A stretch of 64,000 nt of DNA from Clostridia bacterium (GTDB taxonomy: Bacteria > Bacillota > Clostridia > Oscillospirales > CAG-272): the NCBI GenBank assembly GCA_017463065.1, contig JAFTPX010000009.1, forward strand, positions 13,256 to 77,255, in the 5' to 3' direction. Below the pieces are notes generated by a model. That model was not told the DNA's origin, made no database searches, and worked only from the letters and a program-made list of their open reading frames with translations. Positions 54,586 through 62,508 of this stretch are shown here, in pieces; within the stretch, counting starts at the first letter, position 1; every line of letters begins with the position of its first letter. A program made the translations under genes and the position numbers.

Positions 54586-54655
54586 GTAAAGTAAAATAAT
54601 AGTAATAGTAATAGTAAATAATAAAAAGAAAAATGTAAAAAGAAAAAGGATCACG
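54586..54655. repeat. AT-rich tract with (TAATAG)x3 directly after the iteron-like array
   Basis: taaagtaaaataatagtaatagtaatagtaaataataaaaagaaaaatgtaaaaagaaaaagg. Confidence 0.7.
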
Positions 54656-54659
54656 AAAG

Positions 54660-56396
54660 ATGAGCAATTTGACAGTTTCCAAAATTACCGAGCAGGACAA
54701 CCAATTCTACCCGACCCCCGACTCTTTTTTGGAGAAGATCGGTATAGACTTCAACAGCCAAATCAAAAGCTTCTGCAAAGAGCACCGATACGATATCCGC
54801 GTCCTTGAACCGAGCGCAGGAAAAGGAAACATCGCAGATCACCTCAAAACATGGGGCGGGTACAGTTTCAGCACCACGCCGCGGTGCAAAGTGGAGTGTG
54901 TGGAACTCGACCCCAATTTGAGAATGATCTTGAAGGGGAAGAACTACCCCGTCGTGCACGATGATTTCCTCACCTTCGACACGTACACGAATTACGATCT
55001 GATCTTTATGAACCCGCCGTTCGAATCCGCAGATAAGCACCTTTTGAAAGCGATCTCCATGCAGGAACGGTACGGCGGGAGAATCCTCTGTATTTTGAAC
55101 GCAGAGACCTTACGAAACCAGTACACGAGAAGCAGAACGGAGCTTGTCGAAAAGCTACACTTCTACAACGCCGTCGTGAAGTTTTATTCCGATGCGTTTG
55201 CCGCAGAGGACAGCGAAAGAAAAACCAACGTCGAGGCCGCAGTCGTTTGGATCGACGTTCCCGCCCCGGCGAGCCTTTACAATTCCGCGATCTTCGACGA
55301 ACTCGACAAGGCAGAGCAAGCCCAATTTGAGGAAGTGCATCAGACCGAGGAACAGCAAGCCTTGATCAACATGGGCCTCGATTGGGTACACGCCTACGTA
55401 AAGGACTACAACGACCAAGTGAAGTCAGCCGTAGCATTCCTCCGAGAATACACCGCCTTTGTAACCGAATACGATGCAAGGTTCGGAAGCATCGAGGGGG
55501 AAGCAAGTACATACAACAGAGCATTTTCCCTCGAAGTCAGAGGAGAGAAGAACGGGAGCATAAATCATTTCCTTTTGGTCACGAGAAGACTCTATTGGAA
55601 AGCCCTTTTCGCAAACCCGAAATTCACCGGCAAGCTCACAAACCGGCTACAAGATGAATTGCGGTCCCGATTGGACGACATGGCGAACATCGAGTTCAAC
55701 GCGAAAAATATCCTGCTTCTCATGGAGGAAAACATGAGAGCAACGGCAAAGGGCATCGAAGCGGAGATCCTCGACCTTTTCGACGATCTGACAAAACATG
55801 CGCAGTATGACGGGTGCGACAACGTCCACTACTACAACGGGTGGAAAACGAACAGCGCACACAAGCTGAACAGAAAGATCATCATTCCGTTCTACGGGGT
55901 ATGGAAGCAAGAAACGCGCTATAAGTGTCGCGGGACATATTGTTACCGCGACGGCTACGAGTACCGCCTCGACAAATACGGGTCGATCAGAAAGCTCACC
56001 GACATTTCCAAAACCTTGAACTACCTTGCAAAAGGGATCTGCGGCTTGGAAGACATGGAGCACTTGGGGGCGGTTATCGAACGGAATTTCGACGCCGGGA
56101 ACGCAAAGAACATCGAGACCGAGCATCTGATCTTGACGTTCTACAAAAAAGGCACTTGCCATTTGAAATTCAAGAACGAGGATCTGTTGGAAAAATTCAA
56201 TCTGTTCGCCTCGCAAAGAAAAGGTTGGTTACCGCCTTCCTACGGAACCAAGGACTACAAGAACATGACCCAAGAGGAACAGATCGCCATCGACGAATTC
56301 CAAGGGGAGGCGGCTTACAACAGGATCATGGAAAACAAGGCGGCATTCATCGTGGGCGCTCCCGATCTGTTGATGCTTGGAGGAGCGAGAGAATGA
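54660..56396 (+). CDS. N6-adenine-type DNA methyltransferase (NPPF) with a DUF4942-like C-terminal domain
   Basis: Motif I VLEPSAGKGNI and motif IV IFMNPPF. The C-terminal YYNGWKTNSAHKLNRKIIIP ... FYKKGTCHLKF ... KGWLPPSYG is typical of DUF4942. Confidence 0.8.
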   Translation: MSNLTVSKITEQDNQFYPTPDSFLEKIGIDFNSQIKSFCKEHRYDIRVLEPSAGKGNIADHLKTWGGYSFSTTPRCKVECVELDPNLRMILKGKNYPVVHDDFLTFDTYTNYDLIFMNPPFESADKHLLKAISMQERYGGRILCILNAETLRNQYTRSRTELVEKLHFYNAVVKFYSDAFAAEDSERKTNVEAAVVWIDVPAPASLYNSAIFDELDKAEQAQFEEVHQTEEQQALINMGLDWVHAYVKDYNDQVKSAVAFLREYTAFVTEYDARFGSIEGEASTYNRAFSLEVRGEKNGSINHFLLVTRRLYWKALFANPKFTGKLTNRLQDELRSRLDDMANIEFNAKNILLLMEENMRATAKGIEAEILDLFDDLTKHAQYDGCDNVHYYNGWKTNSAHKLNRKIIIPFYGVWKQETRYKCRGTYCYRDGYEYRLDKYGSIRKLTDISKTLNYLAKGICGLEDMEHLGAVIERNFDAGNAKNIETEHLILTFYKKGTCHLKFKNEDLLEKFNLFASQRKGWLPPSYGTKDYKNMTQEEQIAIDEFQGEAAYNRIMENKAAFIVGAPDLLMLGGARE

Positions 56397-56929
56397 GAAA
56401 ACACAGATTCAAAGGATTCCATCGGGACGAAAACGGTCAAGATCAAATTTTCCTCAACGGAGAATGGATCTTCGGGCGATGGGTAGAGGGGTATTATACT
56501 TGTTTCAACGGGACGGAGCACAGGATCTATTCGGGATATGCGGAAATCGATTGCGGGGATTATTACCCCGATTATTGGACGGTCATTCCTGAAACGGTCT
56601 GCGAATGCACAGGCATCTTCGACCGAAACGGCAAGGAGATTTTCGAGGGAGATATATTAAAGGCGTCGTTTAAGATTGCGGGGCACGAAAACGGCTGTTA
56701 TGCAAAAGGAGTTGTCATTTACGAAGGGGACGGCTTCAAGGTGCGAGTGACGGTTTCCCATAATGCAAAAAAGCACGCCGAATATACAGACAAAGAACAG
56801 ACGGCGTATTATATCGTTCATAATTTCGTGGAACGCAATTACTCGATTGAAGTCGTCGGCACCACCTACGACAACCCGGAACTGCTGAAATGTGAGACGA
56901 AAAGAAAAAAGGCACAAAACAAGGCATAG
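56393..56929 (+). CDS. YopX-family protein (copy 2)
   Basis: C-terminal VVGTTYDNPELLK and central TGIFDRNGKEIFEGDIL are typical of YopX. ATGA overlap with the upstream stop. Confidence 0.7.
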   Translation: MRKHRFKGFHRDENGQDQIFLNGEWIFGRWVEGYYTCFNGTEHRIYSGYAEIDCGDYYPDYWTVIPETVCECTGIFDRNGKEIFEGDILKASFKIAGHENGCYAKGVVIYEGDGFKVRVTVSHNAKKHAEYTDKEQTAYYIVHNFVERNYSIEVVGTTYDNPELLKCETKRKKAQNKA

Positions 56930-56961
56930 AAAAAGCCAAAAACCGGAAATTTGACCGATAA

Positions 56962-57384
56962 CATAGTGGAACGAAAGAGCTGGCGCATTTGGAAATGATC
57001 GGTGCCATCGTTTACCAGCTCACCCGCAACCTCACCACGGAGGAGATCCAAAAGTCCGGTTTTGACGCCTATTTCGTGGATCACACCACGGGGATCTACC
57101 CCGTTTCTGCCGCAGGCGTGCCCTTCACCGCGGCCTATCTCCAATCCAAGGGCGACCCCATCACCGACATCTCCGAGGACATGGGGGCGGAGCAGAAGGC
57201 CCGCACCACCTACGACAACATCCTGCGCTTCTGCGATGATGCCGACGTCCGTGATCCCATCCGCTTCTTAAGAGAGCGTGAGATCGTCCACTTCCAGCGC
57301 TTTGGGGAATGTATGCGCATGATCCAGGACGACCTGGACTACAAGAATTTCTACGCCTATAACCCCAGTTTTGACAAGAGATAA
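56962..57384 (+). pseudogene. 5'-truncated manganese catalase (CotJC-type); the N-terminal ~65-70 codons are missing
   Basis: GTKELAHLEMIGAIVYQL...AAGVPFTAAYLQSKGDPITD...FLREREIVHFQRF aligns with the CotJC/Mn-catalase region from ..GTEEFAHLEMI.. onward. An in-frame TAA lies at 56959-56961. No start or RBS. Confidence 0.8.
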
Positions 57385-57397
57385 ACGCACAAAAGAG

Positions 57398-57427
57398 AGA
57401 GCAGGTGGGTTCCCCATCTGCTCTTTT
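57398..57427 (+). terminator. Intrinsic terminator after the catalase fragment
   Basis: A ~12-bp stem (57398-57409 / 57413-57424), followed by tttt. Confidence 0.6.
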
Positions 57428-57471
57428 GACGCTTTCGCAACTGTTATGAGCTGTAAAGCACCAAAAAGCCC

Positions 57472-57500
57472 TTGACTATCCCGCGGGAAACGGTTATAAT
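57472..57500 (+). promoter_or_regulatory. Sigma-A promoter (TTGACT - 17 nt - TATAAT) for the YD-repeat gene
   Basis: ttgact at 57472-57477 and tataat at 57495-57500. Confidence 0.7.
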
Positions 57501-57535
57501 GAAAATACCAAAATCGGAGTTAAGGAGGATTTTCT

Positions 57536-58720
57536 ATGAAAAAGAAGCTCTTGATCGCCCTGATCGCCCTTGTGTTAGCCGTGGTCCTTATCGTTGCGGC
57601 GGCGGTGCTCCTGCTTCCGCAGTATCATTATTCCCGCGCGCTTTCGCTGATGGAAGAAAAGAACTACAACGAAGCATACGTACATTTGAAAAAATGCGAG
57701 AATTTCAAGGACAGCAAAGAGCTCCTTGAGAACTTCGTGACCATTTACGACGCCTACACCGTTACCAACGGCGCCGGGGAGATTCAATCCAAAAAGGAAT
57801 ACACCTACGACGAAAACGATAACCTGATCCTTGAGCAAAGTTTCGGAAAAGACGGTGCCGCCGGATCCAAAATCGAATATGCGTATGACGAAAACGGCAA
57901 CGAGATCCTTTTGATCATCTACGATAAAAACGGGAATATTACCACCAAATCCGAACGGGAATACGACGAATACGGAAATATGATCCTGTCAAAAGGCTTT
58001 AAAACCATCGATCATGTTGTCACCAATTCCACCTCCAAACACGAATACGAATACGATTCAAACGGCAACGTGCTTCAAGAAACCACTTATGATGAAAAGG
58101 ATCGGTTCAAGAGCCGCTACAGATGCGAGTACGACGAGAATAACAACAAAACCCTTGTGATCTACTACGACGAAGAGGGAGAAGCTGAGTCCCGCACCGT
58201 ATACGAATATGACGAAAACGGCAACGTGACCTTTGAAATCCACTATAACAAAAACGATGCAGTGACCACCAGCCACGAATGGGAATACGACGCAAAAGGA
58301 AATCTCACCCTTCGCGTGAGCTATGACAAAAACGGAAAGATCACGAGCAAAACCGAATACACGTACACCGAAGACGGCTGGGAGTCCTTCTCCATCACTT
58401 ACGCCGATGCCCCCCAGTATGACGATCTTACGCTCGAACAAAAGTACGACAAAAACGGCAACGAGATCCTTTCGATCAGCCGTAACGACGGCAACCTTAT
58501 GTTCCACGGCGAGTACGAATACGACGAACACGGCAACATGACCCTTGAAACCGGCTATGATGAAAACGGTAACGTTGGATATCAGTTTAAATTCGAGTAC
58601 GAATACGACGAATACGGTAACATGACCCTTAAGATCGAATACGACAACGACGGCAACGTGAAGGCCAAAACCGAATTCACCAACCCGAGATTTACTTACA
58701 GGCCCCAAGAAGACGAATAA
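57536..58720 (+). CDS. Membrane-anchored YD-repeat (RHS-type repeat) protein
   Basis: An N-terminal TM helix, then about 15 copies of the YxYDxxGN motif. Confidence 0.75.
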   Translation: MKKKLLIALIALVLAVVLIVAAAVLLLPQYHYSRALSLMEEKNYNEAYVHLKKCENFKDSKELLENFVTIYDAYTVTNGAGEIQSKKEYTYDENDNLILEQSFGKDGAAGSKIEYAYDENGNEILLIIYDKNGNITTKSEREYDEYGNMILSKGFKTIDHVVTNSTSKHEYEYDSNGNVLQETTYDEKDRFKSRYRCEYDENNNKTLVIYYDEEGEAESRTVYEYDENGNVTFEIHYNKNDAVTTSHEWEYDAKGNLTLRVSYDKNGKITSKTEYTYTEDGWESFSITYADAPQYDDLTLEQKYDKNGNEILSISRNDGNLMFHGEYEYDEHGNMTLETGYDENGNVGYQFKFEYEYDEYGNMTLKIEYDNDGNVKAKTEFTNPRFTYRPQEDE

Positions 58721-58745
58721 GCGCTTTCGGCACAACATAAAAAGC

Positions 58746-58779
58746 AACCAAAAAAAGACCCGAGGGTCTTTTTTTGGTT
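58746..58779. terminator. Bidirectional intrinsic terminator between convergent genes
   Basis: aaccaaaaaaagacc-cgag-ggtctttttttggtt forms a 15-bp stem with A/T runs on both sides. Confidence 0.8.
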
Positions 58780-58929
58780 TGGGGTTTTGGGGGGATTATC
58801 ATTACGGAGAAAAAGGGGGAGAAATCTCCGCAATGTGTAAAATCAGGGAGGATCCATGCGGAAAAACCGCAGACTCTTGCATCCTCTACCTTAGATTTTA
58901 CACACGAACCTTAATTCAACCTTAAAAAA

Positions 58930-59754
58930 TCAAAGGCAGGATTCGATCAAAGTTTTCGCCTTATTGATGTCTTCGATCTGACGGTCGCCGGAGATCTCAC
59001 GCTCGATGACGTAAGCGCCTTCGTAGTTCAGCTCCTTCAGCTTGGCGATGATGCCGGGCACGTTTGCCTTGCCGTCGCCCAGAGCAACCTCGTGACCCAG
59101 CTCGTTGCCGCAGGTGGGATACAGGCCGTCCTTGAAGTGGGTGTTACGGACGTACTTGCCGAACACCTCCAAAGCGTCCACGCTGTTTGCCTTGCCGTAA
59201 AGGATCAGGTTTGCGGTGTCGAAGTTGATGCCCAGGTTGCCGGTGCCTACGGTCTCGATGTAGCGGAGCATAGCAACGGGGGTCTCCTGGCCGGTCTCGA
59301 ACAGGAACCACAATCCTCTTGCCTTGTAGGCCTCGGCGATCTCCTTGATGGCGTCTGCCACAGGCCGGAAATTGGGATCACAGGGGGATTCGGGCAGGAA
59401 GCCTGCGTGGGTGATGATGTCGGTAACCCCCAGCCATTCTGCGAAGTCAGCCGCCTTGATAAGCTGGCGGACACGCATTTCACGGTATTCTGCGGGGACG
59501 ATGCCCAGGGTTGCGGGGCCTTCGGTGAAGTTCCATGCGGCGGGACCTGTCCAGCCTGCCCAAAGGGCGGTGATCTCAATGCCGTACTTGGCGGAAGCAG
59601 CCTTTGCCTCCTCTGCTTTTTCGGGGGTGAACATATTCTCCACGTCCCATACGGAAAGCTGACAGCAGTTCAAGCCCAGTGCCTTAAATTTAGAAAATGC
59701 TGCGTCGATGTCTGTTTGGGTTCCGTAACCCAGAAGTGCGCCGATTTTTGCCAT
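58930..59754 (-). CDS. Sugar phosphate isomerase/epimerase (xylose-isomerase-like TIM barrel)
   Basis: Family-typical segments: DIITHAGF, LFETGQE and GINFDTANLILYG. Confidence 0.75.
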   Translation of the reverse strand: MAKIGALLGYGTQTDIDAAFSKFKALGLNCCQLSVWDVENMFTPEKAEEAKAASAKYGIEITALWAGWTGPAAWNFTEGPATLGIVPAEYREMRVRQLIKAADFAEWLGVTDIITHAGFLPESPCDPNFRPVADAIKEIAEAYKARGLWFLFETGQETPVAMLRYIETVGTGNLGINFDTANLILYGKANSVDALEVFGKYVRNTHFKDGLYPTCGNELGHEVALGDGKANVPGIIAKLKELNYEGAYVIEREISGDRQIEDINKAKTLIESCL

Positions 59755-59770
59755 GATGTGTATTCCTTTC

Positions 59771-60568
59771 TTATTCGTATATAAATCTCGTTGCTAAGTC
59801 TACCCATTCCGCCACGGGAAGGGGGTTGCCGAAGGGCATGGCCTGGGTGACGTGATCTCCCAAGCACAGTCCGTGATCCCCGTCTCTCCAGATATGGAGC
59901 TCGTAGGGGATACCCTGCTTCGCCAACGCAGAGGCGAAATCCAGGGAGCAGGTTGCGGGAACGGCTCCGTCTGCGGAGGTAGCCCACAGGAAGGCAGGGG
60001 GCGTTTCCCCGTCCACCTTGGGAGGCAGGTTGAACCTTTCCAGGAAGTCCTCGGGAACCTCCGTATTGCCGTAAAGGTTCTGCAGGCTGCCGTGGTTGCC
60101 ATCCTTGCCCCCCCGCATCACGGGGTAGCAAAGGATCAGCTTGTCCGGGCGGTGGTAAGCGGGGTCGCCTTCAAAGAAGCCCTCTCCCTTGTTCCAAAGG
60201 ACGCCCGTGCAGGCGCACAGATGTCCGCCCGCAGAAAAGCCGCAGGTGGAAACGTTGTGAGGGTCGATGCCCCATTCCTCTGCGTGGTCTCGCACGTAGG
60301 CGATGGAGGCGAAGGCCTGCTTTTGGGCGTGGGGATAGGCGGAATCCGCCGTGTCCGTGCAGGTGTAGTCCAGCACGAAGGCACAGATCCCCCGGGCGGC
60401 AAACCGCAAAGCGATGGGCTCCCCCTCTCCCTCGTAGGTGAAGTAGTAGCCCCCGCCGGGGAAAATGATCACCGCAGGGCGCTTGCCCTTATAGTAAGCT
60501 CTCTCCGTTCCGTCGGGGATGTACCCGCGGAAGGGTCTGCCCATAAGCTCCGTCGTGATATATTTCAT
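59771..60568 (-). CDS. Alpha/beta hydrolase (esterase/lipase-type)
   Basis: IFPGGGY oxyanion region and the GFSAGGHL nucleophile elbow. ATG at 60568 (MKYITT) follows GGGGGAG. Confidence 0.75.
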   Translation of the reverse strand: MKYITTELMGRPFRGYIPDGTERAYYKGKRPAVIIFPGGGYYFTYEGEGEPIALRFAARGICAFVLDYTCTDTADSAYPHAQKQAFASIAYVRDHAEEWGIDPHNVSTCGFSAGGHLCACTGVLWNKGEGFFEGDPAYHRPDKLILCYPVMRGGKDGNHGSLQNLYGNTEVPEDFLERFNLPPKVDGETPPAFLWATSADGAVPATCSLDFASALAKQGIPYELHIWRDGDHGLCLGDHVTQAMPFGNPLPVAEWVDLATRFIYE

Positions 60569-60581
60569 AGCCGCTCCCCCA

Positions 60582-61619
60582 TCATTCCGGGATCTGGGAG
60601 AACAGTCTGATCTGGGTCCTTGCACGGATCAGATTGTGCCCGGGGAACAGGGTCTTGTAATAGGTGTCCCCGTTTAAGTAATCCGTCAGGAAGCGCATAG
60701 CCTGCTCGTACACGATGACACGGGCGCCCAGCATCAGGTTATCCACCTCTGCGGGGATCAGGATCCCGCCGCAGGCTTCCACGAAGCCCTCCTTGAAGGC
60801 CTTGCAGTTTTCGGAAACGAAGTTCATTCTGTCCAGCTTGGGCTCGTCCTCCGCCGCAGACGCCGCACCGCTTCTGATGGCGTCGCCGAAGTCGTACAGC
60901 ACCGTACCGGGCATGACGGTATCCAGGTCGATGACGCACACCGCTTCTCCCGTCTCGTCGTCCAACAGCACGTTGGAAAGCTTGGTGTCGTTGTGGGTCA
61001 CACGCAAGGGCAATTTCCCGGATTCCAGCATGGCCACGATACTGCCCGCCAGCTCTTCCCGCTCCTTGAGGTATTGGATCTCACGATCCACCTCGCGGGC
61101 CCTCCCTGCGGCGTCCTTTTCCACCGCCTCCAAAAAGGCTTCAAAGCGTTTTTTGGTGTTGTGGAAGTTGGGAAGCACCTCCGCAAGGGAGGATGCGGGG
61201 AACCCGTCCGTCAGACGGACGAACTCGCCGTAGCCCTTTCCCGCATGGTAAAGAAGCTTGGGATCCGTGACGTGGACGTGAGCGGTAGCCCCTTCGATGA
61301 GCTTACTGCAACGCCAATAGCCGCCGTCCTCTCCTTGGTAGAGGTAGCCTCCCTCCGTGGTCTGCAGGAACAGGGGAACGCATCTGTCGGAGCACTTTCC
61401 CTCCTCTGCCAAACGCTTCCGCATCCAATCGGTGACGGACACGGTGTTGTCCATCACCGCAAAGGGATCGGGGAACACGTTGGTATTCACCTTTTGCAGG
61501 ACGTACCGCTTACCGTCTTCATCTCTGACGGAAAAGGTGGTATTGATGATTCCTTCCCCCAAAGGGGCAAGGCTTGCGAGATCCCCATGGGGGAGAAACG
61601 CACGTAAGATCTTTTCCAT
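60582..61619 (-). CDS. APH-fold phosphotransferase (NahK / N-acetylhexosamine-kinase-like)
   Basis: LGEGIINTTF nucleotide loop, catalytic HNDTKLSNVLLD and IDLDTV. Confidence 0.65.
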   Translation of the reverse strand: MEKILRAFLPHGDLASLAPLGEGIINTTFSVRDEDGKRYVLQKVNTNVFPDPFAVMDNTVSVTDWMRKRLAEEGKCSDRCVPLFLQTTEGGYLYQGEDGGYWRCSKLIEGATAHVHVTDPKLLYHAGKGYGEFVRLTDGFPASSLAEVLPNFHNTKKRFEAFLEAVEKDAAGRAREVDREIQYLKEREELAGSIVAMLESGKLPLRVTHNDTKLSNVLLDDETGEAVCVIDLDTVMPGTVLYDFGDAIRSGAASAAEDEPKLDRMNFVSENCKAFKEGFVEACGGILIPAEVDNLMLGARVIVYEQAMRFLTDYLNGDTYYKTLFPGHNLIRARTQIRLFSQIPE

Positions 61620-61638
61620 AAAAAGTCTCCTGTTTGTT

Positions 61639-62508
61639 TTACAGCAATTCCCGCAGTCTCACCGCCGCGTCGTAAAGTTCCCGCTTGGGCAACACCTTTT
61701 CCGACGCCAGGAGGGCAACCGCTTCCTTGGCGGAGATGCCGTCCTTCACCATACGGTCCACCAAAAGGGCCTCGGGAGAGAGCTTTTCCTCTTGGGCTTC
61801 CGTTTCCGATCTGCGGTTTTCCAGCAAAAGGACGTATTCCCCTTTGCCTGCGTTGGGATTGCTTTTCAATTGTGAGAGCACCCGTTCGGGGGTTCCCCGA
61901 TAGATGCGCTCAAATTTCTTGGTCAGGTCGTTGCAGACGCAAACTCTGCATCCGGGGAGCACCTCCCCTACCAGCTCCACCGTATCTATAATACGGTTTG
62001 GCGACTCGTAAAACACGGAAAGGGGGGAATACTCCTTCTCCACACGGCGAAGCACCTTGCGGATATCCCCTGCCGTGCGGGGCAAAAAGCCGTAGAAGGC
62101 GAAGGACAAAGCGTTGAAGCCGGAAACGGCCACCGCCGTCACCGCCGCACAGGGGCCGGGAACTGCCGTCACGGGGATCCCCGCCTCCACGGCGGCCTCC
62201 ACCAGCAGATACCCGGGGTCGGAGACGCAGGGCATCCCCGCATCCGTCACCAGTGCAATGTTTTTTCCCTCCAGCAGGTCTCGCACAAAGCCTGCCGCGG
62301 CGTTTTGCTCGTTGAATTTATGGTTGGGCAATACCTTTGCCCCCGTAATGCCGTATTTTTCCAGCAGCATGGCGGTGGTACGGGTATCCTCCGCCGCAAT
62401 GAGATCCGCATTCTGCAAGGTCTCCAGGGCGCGGGGGCTCATGTCCCCCAGGTTGCCGATGGGGGTTCCCACCAGGGACAGGGTTCCCTTTACTTCCGCC
62501 GATTCCAT
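61639..62508 (-). CDS. rsmI: 16S rRNA (cytidine1402-2'-O)-methyltransferase
   Basis: LSLVGTPIGNLGDMSPRALETLQNADLIAAEDTR and the overall size are typical of RsmI. Confidence 0.85.
   Translation of the reverse strand: MESAEVKGTLSLVGTPIGNLGDMSPRALETLQNADLIAAEDTRTTAMLLEKYGITGAKVLPNHKFNEQNAAAGFVRDLLEGKNIALVTDAGMPCVSDPGYLLVEAAVEAGIPVTAVPGPCAAVTAVAVSGFNALSFAFYGFLPRTAGDIRKVLRRVEKEYSPLSVFYESPNRIIDTVELVGEVLPGCRVCVCNDLTKKFERIYRGTPERVLSQLKSNPNAGKGEYVLLLENRRSETEAQEEKLSPEALLVDRMVKDGISAKEAVALLASEKVLPKRELYDAAVRLRELL

Larger units (their letters stand above)
1..56967 (+). mobile_element. Prophage, partial. The left end with the integrase/lysogeny module lies outside the window. PBSX/Xkd-type contractile-tail temperate phage.
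   Basis: Uninterrupted + strand array of recombination, replication, terminase, portal, capsid, sheath/tube/tape-measure/baseplate and holin/endolysin genes. The right boundary is set by the abrupt onset of homology to a truncated Mn-catalase gene at ~56968. Confidence 0.85.

Noticed and set aside
54257-54589. A 110-aa + strand ORF spanning the iteron-like array.
   Set aside because: Its translation simply reflects the DNA repeats (FRGEK.. repeated). It has no RBS and it overlaps the end of the upstream small gene. The repeats are better explained as DNA-level sites.
54594-54624. (TAATAG)x3 and the surrounding repeats, considered as a possible CRISPR array or microsatellite locus.
   Set aside because: The units are 6-9 nt with no repeat-spacer periodicity of CRISPR size. 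They are interpreted as part of an AT-rich unwinding or regulatory tract.
58835-58903. A long imperfect palindrome (gtgtaaaatc ... gattttacac with inner gcgg/ccgc) downstream of the minus-strand isomerase gene.
   Set aside because: It is most simply the 3' UTR or terminator structure of that host gene. No flanking features suggest a mobile element or an RNA gene.
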